The notes under the pieces are model-generated. The model saw only the letters and a list, made by a program, of their open reading frames with translations. It was not told the DNA's origin and ran no database searches. DNA of 28,430 nt from Chiloscyllium plagiosum (taxonomy: Eukaryota), in NCBI RefSeq assembly GCF_004010195.1, contig NC_057751.1:358979-387408 (forward strand). Direction: 5' to 3'. Shown piece by piece: positions 1 to 28,430 of this stretch; within the stretch, counting starts at the first letter, position 1, and each line of letters begins with the position of its first letter. The translations under genes and the position numbers were made by a program.

Positions 1-109
1 ATTACATTGTTACATTGCTCAGGACTTCCTGTGCTTTGTTCGTCCTTACTAGCTTTTCAACTCTCTTAAAAGTACAGTACATCTCTACACCTTCATAACA
101 CCCCCGATC

Positions 110-320
110 CGTTCCACCTTCACCCCCACCTTCATCTACTTATTGCATTCCCAACTACATTCACCCCAGCCCCACCCCCTCGCTCCTATTTATCTTTCAG
201 CCCCCTTGGGCCACCGCCTCATTCCTGATGAAGAGTTGCTGTTCGCAACATCGACTCTCTTACTCCTCAGATGCTGCCTGACTGGCTGTGTTTTTTCAGC
301 ACCATACTCTTTGAATCTTC
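110..320 (+). mobile_element. Penelope-like element 3' UTR/pLTR remnant with decayed minimal hammerhead core
   Basis: C-rich tract, then CTGATGA (225-231) ... GCAA in place of GAAA. The following gatgctgcctga tail is shared with the copies at 5364-5573 and 17221-17622. Confidence 0.6.
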
Positions 321-617
321 AGCATCAAAGCCCCAAACTAATCTTCACAATTAAAGCCATAAGTCCCTTCATTCATCTATCTTAAAGTTTTGCCTGTTCG
401 CTTTTCAAAGTCGCTTGATTTAAAACTAAATAACAAGCAGTAAAAAATCTACATCAAATTTTGACTTCAAAACCTTCTTAATCCACACTGTCCAAAAATG
501 TCCAAATTCCAGTTCCTGATCGTCCTTAAATATAAGTACATGTACCCGATACTACACTGACTGAATCAAGTCTTGTCCCCCTGTAGTTTGCAATAACACC
601 AAACCCAGTCCTGTCAC

Positions 618-1121
618 AGAGTCATAGAGATGTACAGCACAGAAACAGACCCTTCAGTCCAACTTGTTCGTGCCGACCAGATATTCTAAATTAATCTAGT
701 CTCATTTGCCAGCACTTGGCCTATACTCCTCTAAAGCCTCCCTCTTCGTTTACCCATCTAGATGCCTTTTACATGTTGTATTTGTACCAGCCTCCACCAC
801 TTCCTCCAGCAGCTCATTCCATTGCCTTAGGTTCCTTTTAAATTTTCCCCCTCTCACCCTAAACCTGTACCCTCTACTTCTGGACTCCCCCACTCCAGGG
901 AAAAGACTTTGTGTATTTACCCTATCCATGCCCCTCACGATTTAACAAACCTCTATAAGGTCACCCCTTGGCCTCTGCGGCCCTGCCTATTCAGTCTCTC
1001 CCGAAAGCTCAAACCCTCCAAACCTGGCAACATCATCTTTTCTGAATCCATTCAAGTTTCACCACACCCTTACTCTGCCAGGGAGATCAGAATTGTACAC
1101 AATATTCCAAAAGTGACAACC
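618..1121 (-). mobile_element. CR1-type LINE 3' end (left half of an interrupted copy)
   Basis: Minus strand encodes LLEYCVQF..P and MRGMDRVNTQSLFP..SRGYRFRVRGGKF, followed by a CR1-like 3' tail. Confidence 0.85.
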
Positions 1122-4100
1122 TTTTCAGCAGCGCGAGCCAGGGATCAGCCAGGAAGGGACGTTTCAATATAAAATACTTACCTCATGAATCAACAGAGCA
1201 AAGGCTGAATGTGAGTGGAAGCGGACACGGGTACTACTGAGTTAGTGAACTAATATATTCAGGCAGTGGCTAAACCTGAAACACTGCACATGCAGCATCT
1301 TCCTCCTCTAACCAAAAAAAAGACTCTTTTTGGAGGATGGGTAAGGAATGGATTTTTCAAATCTCTTTTGGCAATTTAGAGTAGAGGCGATAGAAGCTAT
1401 GGCAGTTGCATGTTCCTCTTGCAGGATTTGGGAAGTAAGGGTCACCTTAGTGTCCCTGCTGACTTCCCCTGTGGGACGTTTACCCAACCCCAGCTCCTCC
1501 CAGACCGCGTTAGGGAAGTGGGGCTGGAATTGGATGAACTTTGGACTATTCTGGAGGCTGAGGGGGTGATAGAGAGGAGTTACAGGGAGGTAGTCACACC
1601 TAAGTTACAGGATAAATGTAGCTGGGTGACTGCAAGGAGAGGAAAAGGAGATAGGTAGTCCTCAGTCAGTGCATGGGTTCCCTGTGGCCGTCTCCCTCAA
1701 TAATAAGTATACCACTTTGGATACTGTTGGAGGGGACGACCTTTCAGGGGAAAGCCACAGTGGTCAGGTCTCTGGCACTGAGCCTGCTCTGTGGCTCAGA
1801 AGGAAAGGGGAGAGAATAGTGATAGGAGATTCAATGGTGAGGGGAACAGACAGGAGATTCTGTGGTCGTGAACGAGACTCCTGGATAATATGTTGCCTCC
1901 TGGGTGCCAGGTCAGGGATGTTGCGGATCGAGTCTACAAGATTCTTAAGGGGGAGGGTGAACAGCCAGAAGTTTTGGTACACATCGGTACCTAGGACATT
2001 GCTAGAAAAAGGAATGAGGGTCTGAAAAGTGAATATAGGGAGTTCGTTTGGAAGCTAGAAGGCAGGATGAGCAGAGTCGTAATCTCAAGATTGCTACTGG
2101 TGTCATGGGCTAGTGAGGCTAGGAACAGAGAGCGAGTGCAGATGAACACGAGGCTGCAGAGTTGGCGTAGCAGGGAGGCTTCAGACACGTGCATCATTGG
2201 GATACCTTCTGGAGAAGGTGGGACCTTTAAAAGGAGGACGGGTTGCACCTGAACTGGAGGGGCACCAATATCCGAGGCAGAAGGTTTGCGAGAGCTCTGC
2301 GGGAGGGTTTAAATTAGTTTGGCAGAGGGGGTGGGAACCAGAGCTAGGGATCAGAGGATGGGGTAGCTGGTGAACAGGCAGATACAGCATGCAGAGAATC
2401 TGTGAAGAAGGCTATACAGGTGATTGGACAAAGTTGCAGTCAGTGTGATGGGTTAAAGTACGTCAATTTTAACGCAAAAAATGTCAGGAATAAGGAGGAG
2501 GAACTTCGAGCATGGATCAGTACTTGGAACTACGGTGTGTTGGCCATTATGGAAACTTGAATATCACAGGGGCAGGAATGGTTGTTGGATGTTCCAGGAT
2601 TGAGATGTTTCAAAAGGAATAGAGAGGGAGGTAAAAGAGGTGGGGGAGTGGCTGATATACTCAAACAGGTTGATGTTAAGAAGGAGCATGTGCTGGAAAT
2701 TTTGAAAAACATGAAGATAGATAAGCCCCCGGGTCAGATGGGATCTACTCAAGGTTACTACAGGATGTGAGGGAAGATATTACTGTGCCTTTGGCGATGA
2801 TCTTTGCATCCTCACTGTCCACTGGAGTAGTACCAGATGACTGAAGAGTGTCAAAGAAAGGGAATAGGGATAACCCTGGGAATTACAGACCAATTAGTCT
2901 TACATCGGTGGTGGGCAAACTACTGGAGAGGATTCTGAGAGACTGGATTTATAATTATTTGGAAAAGCATAGCTTGATTAGAGATAGTGAGCATGGCTTT
3001 GTGATGGGCAGGTCACTGAATTCTTTCAGGATGTGACAAAACACATTGATGAAGGTAGATCAGTGGATGTGGTGCATGTGTATTTTAGCAAGATGTTTGA
3101 TAAGGTTCTGCATGGTAGGCTCATTCAGAAAGTAAGGAGGCATGGGATACATGGAAATTTTGGCTGTCTAATACAGAATTGGCTGGCCCATGGGAGACCG
3201 AGGGTGGTAAGAAATACAAAGTATTCAGCCGAGAGCTGTGGCCAGTGGTGTTCCACGGGGATCTATTCTGGGACCTCTGCTCTTTGTGACTTCTTTAAAT
3301 GACTTGGATGAGGAAGTAGACAGGTGGGTTAGTAAGCTTTCCAATGACACAAAGGTTGGTGGACTTGTGGATAGTGTGGAGGGCTATTGTAGCTTGCAAC
3401 GGAACATTGCCAGGATGCAGAACTGGGCTGAGATGTGGCAAATGTAGTTCAACCTGGAAAAGTATGAAGTGATTCACTTTGGAATGGCGAATTTCAATGC
3501 AGATTACAGGGTTAAAGGCAGGATTCTTGACAGTGTAGAGGAACAGAGAGATTTGGGATCCACGTCCATAGATTCCTCAAAGTTGCCACCCAAGTTGATA
3601 GGGTTGTTCAGAAGACGTATGCTGTGTTGGCTTTCATTAGCAGCGGGGTTGGGTTTGAGAGCTGTGAGGTTATGCTGCAGCTCCAAAAGCCGTGATTAGA
3701 CCACATTTGGAATATTGCATTCAGTTCTGGTCGCCTCACTGTAGGAAAGATGTGGAAAGTTTGGAGACAGTGCAGAGGACATTTACCAGGATGCTGCCTG
3801 GACGAAGAATCTTATGAAGAAAGGTTGAGGGAGCTGGGGCTTTTCTCATTGGAGCGAAGAGGATGAGAGGTGAATTGATAGAGATGTACAAGATGTTGAC
3901 AGGCAGAGATAGAATGGGCAGCCAGAGACTTTTTCCCAGGGCGGAAATGTCTATCATGAGGGACTTAATTTTAAGGTGATCGGAGGAAGGTTTAGGAGAG
4001 ATGCCAGAGGTAGGTTGCTTACACAGAGGGTGGTGGGTGCATGGAATGCACTGCCAGCGGTGGTAGTAGAGTCAGATATATTAGAGACATTTAAGCGACT

Positions 4101-4227
4101 CGTGGTTCAGCACATGAATGATAGTAAAATGTTGGGTATGGAGGTTAGTTTGATCTTAGGGTAGGATAAAAGGTTGGCACAACATTAATGGCTGAAAGGC
4201 CTGTAACGTGCAGTACTGTTTTATGTT
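1122..4227 (+). mobile_element. Degenerate, internally deleted CR1-type LINE with ORF1 (CxxC + SGNH/GDSL esterase) and ORF2 (APE start + RT)
   Basis: ORF1 fragments MAVACSSCRIWEVR and IVIGDSMVRGTDRRFCG. APE start WLLDVPG..RNREGGKRGGGVA. RT motifs PGNYRPISLTSVVGKLLE, SGVPRGSILGPLLF and KLSNDTK (decayed FADD). Many stops and frameshifts. 3' tail ends near 4227. Confidence 0.92.
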
Positions 4228-4480
4228 CAATGTCTTGTACAGCCGCAACATGACCTCCCAACTACTATACTCAATGCTCTGACCAATAACGGAAAGCATA
4301 CCAAACGCCTTCTTCACTATCCTATCTACCTGTGACTCCACTTTCAAGGAGCTATGAACCTGCACTCCAAGGTCTTGTTGTTTATCAACACTCCCCAGGA
4401 CCTTACCACTAAGTGTATAAGTCCTGCTCTGATTTGCCTTTCCAAAATGCAACACCTCACATTTATCTAAAGTTAACTCC
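4228..4480 (-). mobile_element. CR1-type LINE fragment (right half of the copy at 618-1121)
   Basis: ORF 4156..4455 reads LHFGKANQ..DLGVQVHSSLKV..WEVMLRLYKTL, which continues into LLEYCVQF at about 1115. Confidence 0.85.
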
Positions 4481-4605
4481 TCTCCTACTGTCTCTCAGCA
4501 ACACATTCTCTCTCTGCTGGACTGTCCACCTCACCCACATCTCAGGTTCCAAAGGCTATACTCATAAATATAAGCTTCCTGTAATAATAAAGCCCAGCTT
4601 CATCA

Positions 4606-25110
<20,505 letters not shown>

Positions 25111-25165
25111 TTCCTCGCGCCCTCTCCGGCCTCAGCCTCAGCTTCGCGCCTGCGCACCGCCCGTC

Positions 25166-25549
25166 GGGAACTGTAGTCCCAAAGGGGACGACAACTCCCA
25201 GCCTGCCCCACGGCCTCCTTACGCCCGCCGGGATCTGTAGTCCCAGACTGTACTACAACTCCCGGCCTGCCCCACGGCCACTTTACGGCGGCGGGGACCT
25301 GTAATCCCAGACTGTACTACCACTCCCGACCTGCCCTATCGCATTGCACGGGCAGACGGGAATTGTAGTCCAAAACCGAACTACAACTCCCACTCTGCCA
25401 TGCGGCCTTGCATAGTTCGCGGGAAACGGTAATCCCGGTCAGGACTACAATTCCCGTCTTGCCCTACGGTCTCGCACGGCCCGCCGGGAACTGTAGTCCT
25501 AACCTGGACTACAACTCCCACTCTGCCCTGGAGCCTGGCGTCTTTCGCC
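25166..25549. promoter_or_regulatory. 6 x 64-bp tandem array; each unit has an inverted pair of ACTACAnnTCCC (ZNF143/THAP11-HCFC1-associated) motifs
   Basis: Reverse motifs (GGGAnnTGTAGT) start at 25166, 25230, 25294, 25358, 25422 and 25486. Forward motifs (ACTACAnnTCCC) start at 25188, 25252, 25316, 25380, 25444 and 25508. The period is exactly 64 bp with a 10-bp spacer inside each pair. Confidence 0.85.
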
Positions 25550-25843
25550 GTGGTCTTGCAGTCGGAGAAAACCCGGTGGGGCCTTGAGCCGGGGCCCTCG
25601 GCCTGAACTTGTTCCCTCTCTCTCTCTCTCTCAACAACTTCTCCTTCAACCCATCCCATTTTCTCCAAATCAAAGGTGTAGCAATGGGATCTAGCTATGC
25701 TATGCCTGCCTTTTCATGGGCTGTGTGGTATGTCTCTTGCTGCAGGCCCACCCAGGTCCCCTCCCTGTCTTGACATCGGTGACTATTTCGGTGCAGATTC
25801 ACGGTCTCGTCCGGACCTGGAAAAAAATTCATCAACTTCACTT

Positions 25844-27031
25844 TGTGGGAGATGAGAAATGTTGTTTTTGCAGGTGGTGGGGGAAGGGGAACATTATACA
25901 AACGGTCGCGGAATCCTTGTAGCATAGTTAAGGCTAAGACTTTAATGAATATAGAGGGTCTTTTAAAGAAAATAGTTTTAAGCTAGGAAATAACTTTTAA
26001 AGGGTTGTAGCTGACCACAGAAAGAAGCAGCAAGGGCATTTCACAATAAAGCTTATAGTACGATAAGATTGTGGGATATAGGTGAATTAATGTTATTTCT
26101 GCAATTATAAGTTCTGATACAGAGTAAATGAACTCACATCAGTGTGTAATTGTTTAGGCTAAGAGCTGAGTTAACAAGAATGGGGGCGAGATGGAAGAAA
26201 TATATAATCCGTTAAAAATGGTATGTCAGCATGAGACATGATTACAAAACAATGGTAGATGTATGGGCGAATAGATAAGAAGTTGTAAGAGAATGCAATC
26301 ACTTGTATAACAGTAGGAAAACCATCTGTTTTCCCATTTGTACGGAGACACAGGAACAAACCCTAATTAAAGAGGTCATAAAGGTCAGAGTGGCCTCCGG
26401 AGAGGAATAAATGCTAATAAAGAAAGGATATGCCTAGCGATGACCTGCAGTGGGATGACATCAAACAACCTTATGGGGGCCAGAGATAGGCATTTGTCAC
26501 GGACAAGGCTGGATAAACAGAAGTTGTGGAATCAGTCTTGAGGAAATGAGTGACGTAAGCTCAAATTGTATAAATTTTGAAAGTTTATGGAATATGATGT
26601 GTATTTGTCTTTGCCTTGCCTGGCATTAGACATTGCACCCACTTGCAAGTGTACAAATAAAGGACACTACTGATTCAGATTTTGTCTCGGACTGCAATTG
26701 TTTAGTGAGTGAGCTTTGTTTCTCACAAGACAAACTGGAATAAAGAACAAGCTGTAACAAACAAGGAACAAAGAATGCAGACAAGGACAGCAGGATGGCC
26801 AAATTAGAAAATAACTAACAAGTGAGGTAATTGGCTTATAATAGGATGGGAAAAGGGAAGCGTGATTCCGCAACTTGTAAACTGAATAAGAATGCTTTAA
26901 TGTGTTATTTTCACACACATTTCTGCTTGATTACAGAAGCGTCCAGTTCTTGCAAGACTGTAATAAATTGTTCTTGTTTCCAAGGCTTTGTCTCAGGCTG
27001 ATTGATTTGTGAGTGAGTTCTGTTTCTCACA
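25844..27031 (+). mobile_element. Solo LTR (outer; ERV1- or Gypsy-type) with 4-bp TSD ACTT
   Basis: Termini TGTGGGAGA...TTTCTCACA. ACTT at 25840-25843 and 27032-27035. AATAAA at 26962-26967. Removing it restores the host codons F-I-N-F-T-S-S-F-H-P. Confidence 0.85.
26070..26727 (+). mobile_element. Solo LTR (inner, 658 bp) nested in the outer LTR
   Basis: Termini TGTGGGATA...TTTCTCACA with flanks AGAT/AGAC. CRE-like TGACGTAA at 26551, TATAAA at 26569, AATAAA at 26656. The U5 end gtgagtgagctttgtttctcaca is nearly identical to the outer LTR end. Confidence 0.75.
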
Positions 27032-28334
27032 ACTTCCAGTTTCCATCCCTCCATCACCTTCACCTGGTCCATCTCCGACACTTGCCTTCCTTTCCTTGAC
27101 CTTTCTGTCTCCATTTCCGACAATAGTCTATCCACTAATATCCATTACAAGCCTACTGACTCCCACAGCTATCTGGACTACAGCTCTTCTCAGCCTACGT
27201 CCTGTAAGGACTCTATCCCTTTCTCTCAGCTCCTTCGCCTCTGCCGCGTTTGTTCCGATAAGGCCACTTTCCAAAGTGGTGCTCTTAATATGTGCTCCTT
27301 CTTCTCCCACTGTGGCTTCCCACCTACAGTTGTTGACAGGGCTCTCGACAGCATGCGGTCCATCCCCTGCGCCATGACCCTCACCCCCTCCCTCTTGTTC
27401 TTACCTTTCACCCCACCAGCCATCACATGCAAAGAATAATCCTCCGCCAGTTTCGCCAACTCCAACATAATGCCACCACTAAACATATCTTCCCTTCCCT
27501 CCCCCTGTCTGCATTCCACAGAGATCGTTCCCTCCAGGACAACCTAGTGCACTCCTCCATCACACCTAACACCTCTCCCATCACACACGGCACCTTCCCA
27601 TGCAATCGCAGAAGGTGCAACATCTGCCCCTCCACCTCTTCATGCTCACCATCCAAGGTCCCAAACACTCATTTGAGATTAAGCAACGTTTCGCTTGTAC
27701 CTCTTTCAATTTGGTCTATTGCATTTGTTGCTCCCAATGTGGTCTCCTTTATATCGGAGAGACAAAACGCCGACTGGGTGATCGCTTCGCTGAGCACCTT
27801 CAGTCTGTACGCAATGAGGTCCTGGACCTTCCCGTGGCTTGCCACTTCAACACACAATCCTGCTCCCACGGCCACATGTATGTCCTTGGCCTGCTGCAAT
27901 GTTCCAGTGAAGCTCAACGCAAACTCGAGGAACAGCATCTCATCTCCCGACTAGGCACATTACAGCCTGCCGGTCTCAACCCTGAATTCAACAACTTCAG
28001 ATAATTTTATTTCATTTATTTTTTAATATTTTTTTCACTGTTCTGTACCTCTTATTTCTTGTTTGTCTCTCTTTCTCTCGCTCCCCACTCTCTCATCATC
28101 TTTTTCTCTCCTCTTCCCCCCAAACGGGCTTCAAATAATAAAAGCAAATTTCTGCGGATGCTGGAATCTGAAACTAAAAGAGAAAATGCTGGAAAATCTC
28201 AGCAGGTCTGGCAGCATTTGTACTTATTTATACTAGAGAGAGATCTCTCTATGCACTGTCATTACCACCTCTTTATTGCTACCTTTGCTTCTGGAGCCAT
28301 GACTCACCTTCTCTCAGCCTCATATAAATACCTG

Positions 28335-28430
28335 AGGAGAAAGTGAGGTCTGCAGATGCTGGAGATCAGAGCTGGAAATGTGTTGCTGGAAAAGCGCAGC
28401 AGGTCAGGCAGCATCCAGGGAACAGGAGAA
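28335..28430 (-). mobile_element. Penelope-like pLTR end (runs off the window)
   Basis: aggagaaagtgaggtctgcagatgctggagatcagagctgg.. is near-identical to 17222-17320. Confidence 0.8.

Larger units (their letters stand above)
25600..28330 (+). mobile_element. Penelope-like retroelement (RT C-terminal half + GIY-YIG endonuclease), 5'-truncated, interrupted by LTRs at 25844-27031
   Basis: RT fragment LNNFSFNPSHFLQIKGVAMG..FINFT|SSFHPSITFTWSISDTCLPFLDLSV..YKPTDSHSYLDY. Zn-linker GTFPCNRRRCNICP. GIY-YIG NLVYCICCSQCGLLYIGETKRRLGDRFAEHL..LEEQHLI.RLGTLQPAGLN. Frameshifted. Confidence 0.9.

Noticed and set aside
225..252. Active hammerhead ribozyme
   Set aside because: GAAA is mutated to GCAA and stem II is disrupted; no intact core was found anywhere in the window.
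4500..4560. Possible exon 10 (minus strand ..CCTGAGATGTGGGTG resembling TEMLV)
   Set aside because: No suitable AG acceptor, and the downstream translation does not match the VLNICSDDEL motif. No exon 10 was found in 1-4628.
25166..25549. CRISPR-like array (palindromic repeats with regular spacing)
   Set aside because: Vertebrate CpG-island context, linkers are homologous to one another rather than unique spacers, repeats are degenerate and there are no cas genes.

Overview
Vertebrate genomic DNA, most likely a cartilaginous fish. The repeat content (HE1/V-SINE, Deu-SINE, CR1/HER1-like LINEs, Penelope-like elements) is typical of sharks; this is an inference, not a search result. The window holds the promoter and coding exons 1-9 of a calcineurin catalytic subunit A gene (PPP3C family) on the minus strand. 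The nine exons (25110 to 4629, all GT-AG introns) splice in frame to 1084 nt = 361 codons + 1 nt, and all PPP catalytic motifs are intact. Exon 10 onward appears to lie off the left edge. The protein is closest to PPP3CC by diagnostic residues but is divergent and compactly encoded, so it may be a separate paralog. The most unusual structure is directly upstream of exon 1: six tandem units of exactly 64 bp, each carrying an inverted pair of ACTACAnnTCCC (ZNF143/THAP11-HCFC1-type) motifs 10 bp apart, 12 sites in total. A 27-bp copy of exon-1 coding sequence lies on the far side of the array. Further upstream is a three-level nest: a solo LTR inside a solo LTR inside a Penelope-like element. The introns are full of nested CR1 LINEs, SINEs, a TA-flanked MITE and Penelope-derived hairpins with decayed minimal hammerhead ribozyme cores. 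Most ORF-track entries are retroelement fragments or spurious.
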